This document shows, piece by piece, positions 8,521 through 17,111 of a stretch of 30,518 nt of DNA. Made by a program: the position numbers and the translations under genes. Below the pieces are notes generated by a model, which made no database searches, was not told the origin of the DNA, and saw only the letters and a program-made list of their open reading frames with translations. Source of the DNA: a virus (taxonomy: Duplodnaviria > Caudoviricetes). The stretch covers positions 1 to 30,518 of IMG/VR virus record IMGVR_UViG_3300049173_000141; one strand, written 5' to 3'. Positions within the stretch are counted from its first letter, which is position 1, and the number at the start of each line of letters is the position of its first letter.

Positions 8521-10212
8521 ATGAGCAAGATCGCTCTCGCCACCTTCGCCGGCGCTGTCAAAGCGCTCGAGCCGAAGCTTCTAGCCGACACCATCGGTAC
8601 CGAGTCTTTCAATCAGCGGCCGGGCAGGGGTGACCTGCGCCCGTGGCGCACGCCGCTCCCGGTGTACACCGCGCCGTTCGGCACCAAGACCATCTACCGC
8701 ATGGGCCGTGCGACGCCTAGCGACGTGAACTACTGGCTCACCTGGCCCACCCAGGTCTATGCCATCCACGGATTCGTGAGCGGCGACACTACCGAGCGCA
8801 CCTACTTCACGGGCGACGGGCCGCCGAAGCAGATCAACAACACCATCGCGCTCGCCGCGCCGCCGTATCCCAGCGCCTATACGCTGCTCGGCGTGCCGGC
8901 GCCCGCGCAGGCGCTGCTCGTGACGCCGCTGGACACGGGCGTGGCGACGGACATGGAGATCCGCTACTACACCTACACCTACGTGACGGCCCAAGGTGAT
9001 GAGAGCGCCCCCGCACCGGTGTCCAACCAGGTCGAGTGCAAGACCGACGACACGCTGAGCATCGCGAATATTGCTGCGCCGCCGTCCGGCTCGTATGGCA
9101 TTGACCGGATCCGCTTCTATCGAACGCAATCGGGCGCCGAGGGAGCAACCGAGTTCTACTTTCTGCGCGAAGAGCTCGCGACCGTCACAGCCACAACGGA
9201 TGACGGCCGCACGCTGGGGGAAATCCTGGCCACGGACGCATGGCTGCCGCCCCCAGCCACGCTCACCAACTTGACCGCCATGTGGAACGGCATGGCGGCG
9301 GGCATCGTGGCCGCGGAGGGCAGCGTGCGCTACTGCATCGCGTACAAGCCGTACGCCTGGCCGATCGCGTACGAGACGCTCACGCCGAATGCGAAGGCAG
9401 TGGCGCTGGTGGTCTATGGGCAGCGCCTGCTGATCCTGACCAACGGGAAGCCGGTGCTGGTGGCCGGCTCCGGCCCGGATGCGCTCGATGAGCAACCCCT
9501 GGAGTTTTCCCAAGCGTGCGCCTCGGCGCGAAGCGCGGTCGGTGTCGGTCACGGCGCCATCTGGGCCTCGCCTGACGGGCTTGCCTACTTCGGCGACGGC
9601 GGAGCCAAGCTGCTGACGGCCGGCATACTGACCGAGGACCAGTGGCAGGCGATGAACCCCGCCAGCATGACCGGGGCAGCCTACAAGGGCGCCTATTTCG
9701 GCAGCTATCTCGATGCGGGCGGTGTGCGTCGCGGCTTCTTCATCGACTCCGTCTCGCCCACCGGCCTGTTCTACATGGAGCAGGGCTTCGAGACGATGTT
9801 CTTCGACGAGTCGCAGGGCATCCTCTACGTGCTCGATGGCACCAGCCTCAAGAAGTGGGATTTCGGCGCTGCCCTGATGACCGCCAAGTTCCGCAGCAAG
9901 GTTTTCACCGGCACGCCGGTGAACTACTCGGCCATGCGTGTCGAAAGCGAGGGCTATCCCGTCACCGTCATCGTCGACGCGCTGAATCTCGAGCCGCTGA
10001 TCGTCACGACCATGATCGCCGAGCGTCCCGACGTCTACACGAGCCCTGCAGCAGGAGTACTTCGGCAGACGCACGTGGTGAACGATTCCAAGGCCTTCCG
10101 CCTCGGCGGCGGCTTTCTCGCGCGCGCATGGCAGCTCGAGGTGCAGTCACAGGCTGCCGTGCAGTGGGTGCAGGCTGCCACCAGCATCCGAGAACTGAAC
10201 GAGGCGGGCTGA
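8521..10212 (+). CDS. Tail nozzle / tubular-B-like (stabilisation) protein
   Basis: 563-aa beta-rich. RYYTYTYVTAQGDESAP, KPYAWP, IWASPDGL, AKFRSKVF. Position fits podoviral tails. Confidence 0.75.
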   Translation: MSKIALATFAGAVKALEPKLLADTIGTESFNQRPGRGDLRPWRTPLPVYTAPFGTKTIYRMGRATPSDVNYWLTWPTQVYAIHGFVSGDTTERTYFTGDGPPKQINNTIALAAPPYPSAYTLLGVPAPAQALLVTPLDTGVATDMEIRYYTYTYVTAQGDESAPAPVSNQVECKTDDTLSIANIAAPPSGSYGIDRIRFYRTQSGAEGATEFYFLREELATVTATTDDGRTLGEILATDAWLPPPATLTNLTAMWNGMAAGIVAAEGSVRYCIAYKPYAWPIAYETLTPNAKAVALVVYGQRLLILTNGKPVLVAGSGPDALDEQPLEFSQACASARSAVGVGHGAIWASPDGLAYFGDGGAKLLTAGILTEDQWQAMNPASMTGAAYKGAYFGSYLDAGGVRRGFFIDSVSPTGLFYMEQGFETMFFDESQGILYVLDGTSLKKWDFGAALMTAKFRSKVFTGTPVNYSAMRVESEGYPVTVIVDALNLEPLIVTTMIAERPDVYTSPAAGVLRQTHVVNDSKAFRLGGGFLARAWQLEVQSQAAVQWVQAATSIRELNEAG

Positions 10213-11444
10213 TGGCCGACAAGCGCAAAGATCTGCCATCGCCGGGAACGGCAAACTTCGATCAGCGGCTGCGCGAGGCTGTCATGACCTACCTGGGGCG
10301 CCAGGGGGACAAGCTGGATCGCGGGCTGACCGTGCGCGACCTGGTTGACGCTGGCGTGATTTCGCTGCGGCCGGGATGGAATGGCGGTGCCGAGCCGCCG
10401 GTGCTCGGGCCGGGAGGAGGGGGCGGAGGTAGCTCGGCGCCCCCGCCGATTCCTACTGGATTCGCACTGGATGCCGGCATCTCCAACATCTTCATCAGCC
10501 ACGACACGCCGAACTACACGCAGGGCGGCGGGCACCGGCGCACGCTTGTCTTCGGCGTGGCGGTCGAGCCAGGCGATCCGCTGCCGACCTTTTCAGATGC
10601 AGTGCCGCTGACCGAGTTCTCGGGCACCGTCTTCAGCTACCCGAGCGCACCCGCGACCACATGGCGCGTCTGGATCAAGTGGCAGAGCAACGCCGGCAAG
10701 GTCGGCGGCGCGGCCGGCGGCGCAAACGGCCTCGAAGTTCGCACGGGCGAAGACGTGCGGAAGCTGCTGGACGCCCTGACGCAGGCCGCGGAGGACCCGG
10801 CGTCCCCCTATTCGAGGTTCTCGATCAGGGCCGATCTCTTCTACATCAACAGCGAAACCGGGCCGACCGACGCCGGCCTGTTCAGCGTGGTCACGACGCC
10901 CATCACCAACAACGGGGTGACCGTGCCCGTGGGCGTGTACATGGCGAATGCCTTCATCATGAACGGCACCATCACCAACGCCAAGATCGGCAACGCAGCG
11001 ATCGACAACGCGAAAATCGCGAACGTGAGCGCGACAAAGCTAACGGCCGGCACCATTGCCGTGGGCGAGTTCATCCAGAGCACGGGCTTTGTCAGCGGCA
11101 CCACGACGGGCGTGGGCTGGCGCATCGATGGCCTGGGCAACATCGAGGCTTCGAATGCCATCCTGCGCGGCACCGTCTATGCCAACGCCGGCAGCATGGG
11201 CGGCATCATCATCGAGGCGAACCGCATCCGCTCGAGCAATTACAACGGCGTGGGAGGCTTCGCGCTGAACGCGAACGGCACGCTCGATCTCCCAAACGGC
11301 TCCATCACCTCTTCGAAGCTCAACATCGCTTCCCTCTCGTCGCTGACGACGAATGCCGGCATCATCGTGAACGGCAAGCTGCAATCCGCCGATGGGCGGT
11401 TTGTCATCGACCTCGACAACAAGTTCATTTCGATCACGGTGTAG
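10212..11444 (+). CDS. Tail-tip protein (DUF1983-like, gpJ C-terminal-like repeats)
   Basis: TGATG coupling gives start 10212. GVYMANAFIMNGTITNAKIGNAAIDNAKIANVSATKLTAGTI and GWRIDGLGNIE. Confidence 0.75.
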   Translation: MADKRKDLPSPGTANFDQRLREAVMTYLGRQGDKLDRGLTVRDLVDAGVISLRPGWNGGAEPPVLGPGGGGGGSSAPPPIPTGFALDAGISNIFISHDTPNYTQGGGHRRTLVFGVAVEPGDPLPTFSDAVPLTEFSGTVFSYPSAPATTWRVWIKWQSNAGKVGGAAGGANGLEVRTGEDVRKLLDALTQAAEDPASPYSRFSIRADLFYINSETGPTDAGLFSVVTTPITNNGVTVPVGVYMANAFIMNGTITNAKIGNAAIDNAKIANVSATKLTAGTIAVGEFIQSTGFVSGTTTGVGWRIDGLGNIEASNAILRGTVYANAGSMGGIIIEANRIRSSNYNGVGGFALNANGTLDLPNGSITSSKLNIASLSSLTTNAGIIVNGKLQSADGRFVIDLDNKFISITV

Positions 11445-11446
11445 CC

Positions 11447-11902
11447 ATGGCCAAGACGCTGCTCGCCCGCGGATCCGATGGGCTCGTGTCGATTCACGAG
11501 ATCGGGGCCGACTACAACAACCCCCTGAGCAACCTGGGCAACATCTACTTCAGTTCCGCGCTGTCGTACCTGTACATCGTCCAGCAGATTGTGGGATCGC
11601 GGACGCTCCCGACGCGCGTGGTCTCGCCGGGCAGCGGCTTCGGTTCGCTCCACTTTCTCGCGAATCACGGACTGGGTTACGCGCCAATGTTGATGGGCAC
11701 TCTGTACGTGGAAGGCGTTGGCGGCAGCATTTGCGGGACCATGCTCGTCAACGCCGAGAGCGGCGACGGTTTCCAAAGCCTGACGCTGTGCGCGGATTCG
11801 AGTGCGGTCTACCTGTTCGAGTCCGGGTTTTCGCCGAGCGGCTCCTATCCCGCCCGCGGCATCTCCTACAACATCAACGTCTTCGGGAACCCTGCCGCAT
11901 GA
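11447..11902 (+). CDS. Tail-associated beta-rich protein
   Basis: ATG 2 nt after the previous stop. MAKTLLARG...NHGLGYAPM...YNINVF. Confidence 0.65.
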   Translation: MAKTLLARGSDGLVSIHEIGADYNNPLSNLGNIYFSSALSYLYIVQQIVGSRTLPTRVVSPGSGFGSLHFLANHGLGYAPMLMGTLYVEGVGGSICGTMLVNAESGDGFQSLTLCADSSAVYLFESGFSPSGSYPARGISYNINVFGNPAA

Positions 11903-12141
11903 CCACCGCTCTCCTCATCCAGCCCGATCGCTTCATTGCATCCGCTGGCAAGCTCGATTCCAGCTGGCGCTACGTCTTCTTCAATCCAGGCTCGGACATG
12001 GGTTTCGTTAACGGTCGCACCGCCTACACGGCGAATGGAGAAGGCGGCACGACGTACCCCGGCCTGAACATCAACAGCGCGGAAGTCACCGAGTTCGCCG
12101 TGGGCGGGGTCGGCTACTCCCTGACGCCCCTCGCAATATGA
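11899..12141 (+). CDS. Small tail-associated protein
   Basis: ATGA overlaps at both ends; 80 aa starting MTTALLIQPDRF. Confidence 0.6.
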   Translation: MTTALLIQPDRFIASAGKLDSSWRYVFFNPGSDMGFVNGRTAYTANGEGGTTYPGLNINSAEVTEFAVGGVGYSLTPLAI

Positions 12142-12605
12142 GCTTTCTCGCGCAGAGCGACCTCATCCGCATTACGAACAACTCGGGTGGGGTGGTGTTC
12201 GACACCACTCGGAAGATGCCGATCCTCACGAGCATCATCAACGGGTCTCTGTCGATGCCGGCGCGGGGCCCGAACGCCTCGGGCACCGCGGTCTACGACC
12301 TGGGCGGCACCATCATGAACCCGGTGTTCATCTTCCCCACCCTGACCGTGTTCCAGGGCAGCGTGGGCGGCGGAGTCGTCGGCACCCCCAACGGCGTGCC
12401 GTTCTGCGCGAACGGCTCGGCTGTGACGTTCGCAAAGTGGACTTTCACGGATGTGGGGTGGAGGCTCACCGGCGCGCGCGTGCTGACATGCGTGCTTTCG
12501 GGCGGGCGCGTTTACCTGTGGGAAGACTGGTCCGAATACGAGGGCGCCAACCTGGTGCCGTCGGCTTCGGTGGCATATCGCATTTACGTAGGGCAGTTCG
12601 CATGA
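12138..12605 (+). CDS. Tail-associated beta-rich protein
   Basis: ATGA overlap. IRITNNSGGVVFDT motif. Confidence 0.65.
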   Translation: MSFLAQSDLIRITNNSGGVVFDTTRKMPILTSIINGSLSMPARGPNASGTAVYDLGGTIMNPVFIFPTLTVFQGSVGGGVVGTPNGVPFCANGSAVTFAKWTFTDVGWRLTGARVLTCVLSGGRVYLWEDWSEYEGANLVPSASVAYRIYVGQFA

Positions 12606-12814
12606 AGACTTTTCAAATTGATCAGTGGTCCACTCGGACCGACCAGCCGGACGTGACGGCCGTCAAGGTGCGCGTGCTCGAGGAGGTGGCGCCTGGCATT
12701 GTTCGCGCCGAGAGCTTCGAGTTCGATGTGCAGGGAAAGCACGATGGCCCCGGCAGTATTCCGGCATTGGACGCCGCGGTCGACACGGTCTTGCGAGGCG
12801 CCGGGCTGATCTAG
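12602..12814 (+). CDS. Small hypothetical protein (end of tail operon)
   Basis: ATGA overlap; 70 aa starting MKTFQIDQW. Confidence 0.6.
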   Translation: MKTFQIDQWSTRTDQPDVTAVKVRVLEEVAPGIVRAESFEFDVQGKHDGPGSIPALDAAVDTVLRGAGLI

Positions 12815-12822
12815 GCGGGTTG

Positions 12823-12859
12823 CAACCCCCTTGTTCCTGGGGGGTGAGGCCGGTACGCT
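12823..12859 (+). promoter_or_regulatory. Putative late promoter 2 (CAACCCCCTTGTT ... TACGCT)
   Basis: Motif copy. TTGTTC-17 bp-TACGCT, upstream of the GNAT/ejection operon. Confidence 0.55.
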
Positions 12860-12883
12860 TTCCCGCCACCGACCTCGCCCACC

Positions 12884-13549
12884 ATGACGCGCCTGCATCT
12901 TGCCCTCGCCCTTGCCCGCTGCGCGGGCCGCGTGGTCACGAAAGAGCTTGCGGCGCAGATCCTCGCCGAGGTGTGCCCCCACGAGGACCGGTCCTATCCC
13001 ATTCACACGCTCCCGCCGGGCGCGTGGCAGGACTACAGCTTTCGGGCTGAGCGCATTGCGGGCCAGGAGGCAGAGCTGCTTCCGTTGCACCAGGTGTACC
13101 AGCGTGACACGCGCGGAACGGTGACCGGCGATGCGAACTACGAATTCGCACGGCTGCGCGAAGACGAGCGCGGCGGCAAGGTGGTTCTGTTCGCGGCGCG
13201 CCGCGCTGGAGAACTGGCGGCGCTGCTGCGCACCCGGCTGTGGCGGGATCTCGAATCGCAGCGGCTGATGGCATGTGACGACATGCTGGTCGTGAAGCCC
13301 GAGCACAGAGGCTCGATGCTGCCGATTCGCCTCTGCGGCTACGTCGAACGCACGCTGTTCGATGCGGGGGTGCAGGAGATCACTGTCGACACCCTCAGCA
13401 TCAACGGCGCCGAGCGCATCGCACACTTCTTCGGCTACACCCCCGTAGCCACCAAATTCCACAAGGTTGCGCAAGAGGCTTGCAACTTTTCCCAGGCGTC
13501 CAAGCGGCGCCGAAAAGGGGTAGAGCATGAGCCGCTGGCACCGCACTGA
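12884..13549 (+). CDS. GNAT-fold acyltransferase-like virion assembly protein
   Basis: DDMLVVKPEHRG...IRLCGYVERTLFDAGVQEI...AHFFGY match GNAT motifs A/B. Same position as P22 gp14 / T7 gp13. Confidence 0.75.
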   Translation: MTRLHLALALARCAGRVVTKELAAQILAEVCPHEDRSYPIHTLPPGAWQDYSFRAERIAGQEAELLPLHQVYQRDTRGTVTGDANYEFARLREDERGGKVVLFAARRAGELAALLRTRLWRDLESQRLMACDDMLVVKPEHRGSMLPIRLCGYVERTLFDAGVQEITVDTLSINGAERIAHFFGYTPVATKFHKVAQEACNFSQASKRRRKGVEHEPLAPH

Positions 13550-14411
13550 ATTCGATTTCCTGCCCGAACGGGCCTTCCAGCCACGCCCGGGCGGCGGCAT
13601 GACCGCTGAGGGCGGCGGGGGCGGCGGCGGCAACTCCGCAGCACAGAATGCCGCGACCATGCTGCAGGTGCAGGCGAATCAGGAGCAGCTGGCCTGGGCG
13701 AAGCAGGTGTACGGCGAAGAGGCGCCGACGCGCGCGGCGGCGCAAGAGGTCGGGCTGCAGGTCTCGCAGGCGCAGCTCCAGCAGATGCGCCAGCAGACCC
13801 AAATGGCCCGCCAGGCGCAGGATGACTACAACACCATCTACCGGCCGATCGAGCAGGGGCTCGCGGCCGAGGCGCAGGCCTATGACACGCCGGAGCGCCG
13901 AGCAGCAGCGTCCGCCGCTGCCGTGGCCGATGTCGAGCGCAATCTCGCGTCGCAGCGCGGCGCCACGACCCGCGAAATGGAGCGATCGGGCGTAGACCCG
14001 TCGAGCGGCAAGATGGCCGACATGCAGGCTTCGCTCGACCTGAATGCTGCGAAGCTGAAGGCGGGCGCTGGCAACGCCGCATCGAAGGCGGTGGAGACCA
14101 TCGGCTACGGGCGCCGCATGGACGCTGCCAGCCTCGGCCGCGGCATCGCGTCCAGCCAGGGCACCAGTGCCGCCCTTGCTTCGCAGTTCGGCAGCGCTGC
14201 CATGGGCACGCAGGGGCAGGTACTCGCGGCTGGCCAAGCCGGCAACGCTGGCATGCAGGCCGCTTACGGGACTGCCGTCCAGGGATACGGTGCAGCTGCG
14301 AATGGCTTCGGCAATTTGGCGGCTGGTTCCCGCGCGGATTCGGCTGCTCGTTCCTCGAACGCGGCGGCGGGAGTTGGGGCGGTGGCAACTGTCGCGGCGG
14401 CGGTGATTTGA
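13527..14411 (+). CDS. Small ejection (internal virion) protein, gp7-like, with N-terminal leader
   Basis: Leader ending MTAE-GGGGGGG, Ala/Gln/Gly-rich helical body, hydrophobic C-terminus. Confidence 0.7.
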   Translation: MSRWHRTEFDFLPERAFQPRPGGGMTAEGGGGGGGNSAAQNAATMLQVQANQEQLAWAKQVYGEEAPTRAAAQEVGLQVSQAQLQQMRQQTQMARQAQDDYNTIYRPIEQGLAAEAQAYDTPERRAAASAAAVADVERNLASQRGATTREMERSGVDPSSGKMADMQASLDLNAAKLKAGAGNAASKAVETIGYGRRMDAASLGRGIASSQGTSAALASQFGSAAMGTQGQVLAAGQAGNAGMQAAYGTAVQGYGAAANGFGNLAAGSRADSAARSSNAAAGVGAVATVAAAVI

Positions 14412-15835
14412 TGAGCCTCATGAACATGGCTGCTGTGGAAGCGGCGATGCCCACAGTTATCGCCCAGGGCATCCGCGTCTTCAACGGTGCACTATTCGGG
14501 CGCGATGAAGCCGAGCACATCGACGTTCTGCTGCATCTTTTGGACCCGGTCGAGGACGCGCTTGTGATCGACGCCGGGTGCGGCGTGGGTGAGATGGCGC
14601 GGCTCATGAAAGAGCGGCGACCGGATCTGAGCTTTCTGCTGGTGAACACGAGCGAGCTCCAACTCGCCCTTTGCCCGCCCGAATTCGACCGACTGCGCGC
14701 AGACTACGAGCGCCTCGAGGGCGTTCCCGATCACTGTGCCGATGCGATCGTCTTCAGCTACTCACTTTGCCACGCGGAGACATGGCAAGCAGCTCTGAAA
14801 GAGGCGCGCCGTGTTCTGAAGCCGGGCGGCACGCTGCTGATCAACGACATGGCAGCTCTCTGGAGCGAATCCATGGAAGACCTGGAGCGCGTGCTCGGCG
14901 CCCGCGCGTGGGCGCCCGAGGTGGTGGAACGCTGGTTCCGCGACTCTGGACTCAAGATGGAGTCGGCCTTGGCGCCGGATGTCGGGGTGGATCGGCTTCG
15001 CGGATTGCTCGAGCTCGACGGTGTGGACACCGCCCTCCTTGACGGCATCGTTGCGACCGTTTGGCGGCTCACCGCCTTGGACGATGACGCTGCCCTGTGG
15101 CACCGGCATGAGGGCGCGATCGCATTTCAGTTTTCGGGCGGCCGAGACAGCACTGCTGCTCTCTACCTGCTGCGCGACCGATGGCCGCTCATGCGGGTTT
15201 ACCACGTCGACACGGGCGACCAGTTCCCGGAAACGCGCGCCGTGGTTGAGCGTGTGGAGGCTGACCTTCTGGCGGCCGGAGTGGTGATGGAGCGCATCGT
15301 GACCAATGTGCAAGCCCAGCGAGAGCGCGACGGCGTGCCCACAGACTTGATTCCCGTCGACAACAACGGCCTCGGCCTGTACGTGTCTGCCGGGGCACCT
15401 GCCTTGGTTGGCCGTTACGACTGTTGTGCCCGGGCCTTGATGAACCCACTTCACGAAACCATGCGGAGAGACGGAATTTCGCTCATCGTGCGTGGCCAGC
15501 GCGACGACGAGTACCAGCGCCCCCCGCTGAGGGATGGGGACGCCATGGATGGGTTCTCTTTTCACTACCCGATTCAAGCCTGGACTTCGGCAGACGTACA
15601 GCAGTACCTGGAAGACAACCAGCTCCCGGTGGCTCCTTTCTATCGCGCCGGGATGCGTCGGGCGCCTGAGTGTCTCCATTGCACGGCTTGGTGGGATGAG
15701 GGGCGATCGCGCTACATGCGCGAGCACCACCCGAAAGAGCATGCCGTCGTGATGCGCAGCATGTCGGAGATTCGAAGTGCCATCAATCGCCAGTACGCCT
15801 GGCTTGTCGAAGAAATGGAGGCCGGAAATGGCTGA
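14411..15835 (+). CDS. SAM methyltransferase fused to a PAPS/APS-reductase-like (PP-loop) domain
   Basis: TGATG coupling. VIDAGCGVG and EARRVLKPGG (class I MTase); FSGGRDS, VDTGDQFPET, DCC, RGQRDDE, YPIQAWT, CLHC (PAPS reductase family). Confidence 0.85.
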   Translation: MSLMNMAAVEAAMPTVIAQGIRVFNGALFGRDEAEHIDVLLHLLDPVEDALVIDAGCGVGEMARLMKERRPDLSFLLVNTSELQLALCPPEFDRLRADYERLEGVPDHCADAIVFSYSLCHAETWQAALKEARRVLKPGGTLLINDMAALWSESMEDLERVLGARAWAPEVVERWFRDSGLKMESALAPDVGVDRLRGLLELDGVDTALLDGIVATVWRLTALDDDAALWHRHEGAIAFQFSGGRDSTAALYLLRDRWPLMRVYHVDTGDQFPETRAVVERVEADLLAAGVVMERIVTNVQAQRERDGVPTDLIPVDNNGLGLYVSAGAPALVGRYDCCARALMNPLHETMRRDGISLIVRGQRDDEYQRPPLRDGDAMDGFSFHYPIQAWTSADVQQYLEDNQLPVAPFYRAGMRRAPECLHCTAWWDEGRSRYMREHHPKEHAVVMRSMSEIRSAINRQYAWLVEEMEAGNG

Positions 15836-17108
15836 AGGTTGGGGACACGTACTCGCAGCCGGCGTGAACGGGTACTTTCGCGGCGTGGGCCTCGCTCGCG
15901 AGCAAAAGGACGCTGAAGAAGAACAAGCCTACAGGTCTGAGGTACGCGCGGCCCAGCGCGCGAAGATCGCGGAGGAGCGCTCGCTAAGACAGGACCTCAC
16001 TGCAGCAGCTCAGCCGGTTGCGGTGGTCGAAGGCTCCAACGGTGCAGTCATGCCGGCCACGATGGATGCTCGCGACATCGGGCAGCCGGGAGAGCCACCG
16101 CTCGATCCCGCGTCTGGCTCCTTTCGCGTGGGAGCTCAGACCTATGTCGATCGCTCGGCGGCCGAAGCAGCCGCCGCACAGCAGAACAATCCAATGAACA
16201 TCGCGGCCAGGCAGGCTGCGATCTACAACCAGCGCGGCATGCCCACCGAGGCAGCGGTCCTGGAGAACAAGCAGGCGGCGCTGGCAAAGCAGGCCGCCGA
16301 GATGAAAGAGAAGGGGCTGATGACCGGAATGGCGCGTTTCCGCGCTGGCGACAGGGCCGGTACCGTGAAGGCGCTCAAGGACTCGGGCTTGTTCCAGATC
16401 GCCGACGAAAACGTGACGATGACCCCAAGGAAGATGGAAATCCCTGGGCTGGGAGAGATCCAGACTTACGACCTCACTTTCAACGCGAGGAACCCGGACG
16501 GTACGACGGAGCCGGTTACTGTCAACTCACATCAAGCGTCGATGGCGCTGATGCCGTACGAGAAAGCGCTCGAGTTGCAGCGAAAAGGGGTCAAAGACGA
16601 ATCGGCGATGGAAGTTCAGGCACAGAAGCTGAATCTGGCCCAGCAGCGCCTTGAAATGCAGGGCACGCTCAATGAGGCGCGCATCGCTCGCATCCAGGCA
16701 GGGGGAGGTGGCCGAAACGGGGCAGGGGGCAAGGAAGACCGGGAGTACCGCCTGCAGCTCCAGAACATGACCAGTCAGCTCAACCGCGAGATTCGCGAGG
16801 CCGATGCCGCAATCAAGACGCTGAAAGACGATGTCACCGTCAGGCCCAACGATCCTCGCTTGGTCGAGCTGGCGAGCCAGCGCAGCCAGCTCGCCCAGCG
16901 CCGTTCCGCGCTCAACGACGAGTTCGTGAGCTTGGCCGAGGCGAAGCGGCCCGGCAACGAGAACCTCGCACAGCAGCGAAAGCCGAAAGCCTCCGCCGGT
17001 GCCGGCGGTGGCAAGCCTCCCGTGATCAAGAGCAAAGCCGAGTACGACCAATTGCCCAGCGGCGCGCTGTATGTCGCCCCGAACGGCGAAACCATGCGGA
17101 AGAAGTAG
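15828..17108 (+). CDS. Ejection (internal virion) protein
   Basis: ATG 15828 with SD GGAGG. Amphipathic N-terminus, coiled coils, C-terminal AEYDQLPSGALYVAPNG motif. Confidence 0.7.
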   Translation: MAEGWGHVLAAGVNGYFRGVGLAREQKDAEEEQAYRSEVRAAQRAKIAEERSLRQDLTAAAQPVAVVEGSNGAVMPATMDARDIGQPGEPPLDPASGSFRVGAQTYVDRSAAEAAAAQQNNPMNIAARQAAIYNQRGMPTEAAVLENKQAALAKQAAEMKEKGLMTGMARFRAGDRAGTVKALKDSGLFQIADENVTMTPRKMEIPGLGEIQTYDLTFNARNPDGTTEPVTVNSHQASMALMPYEKALELQRKGVKDESAMEVQAQKLNLAQQRLEMQGTLNEARIARIQAGGGGRNGAGGKEDREYRLQLQNMTSQLNREIREADAAIKTLKDDVTVRPNDPRLVELASQRSQLAQRRSALNDEFVSLAEAKRPGNENLAQQRKPKASAGAGGGKPPVIKSKAEYDQLPSGALYVAPNGETMRKK

Positions 17109-17111
17109 GCA

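Noticed and set aside
9642-10211. N-terminal extension of the 600-aa ORF (likewise upstream extensions at 3109, 4415, 10661, 11392, 12437, 15777, 27446, 29453)
   Set aside because: These are shadow or upstream sequence. Coupled ATGA/TGATG starts, SD sites, or the SRAP N-terminal Cys give the likely true starts.
14411-15835. DndC phosphorothioation system or CysH sulfate-assimilation gene
   Set aside because: No dnd/ssp or cys partners in the window, and the fusion and context differ. Kept only as family-level similarity.
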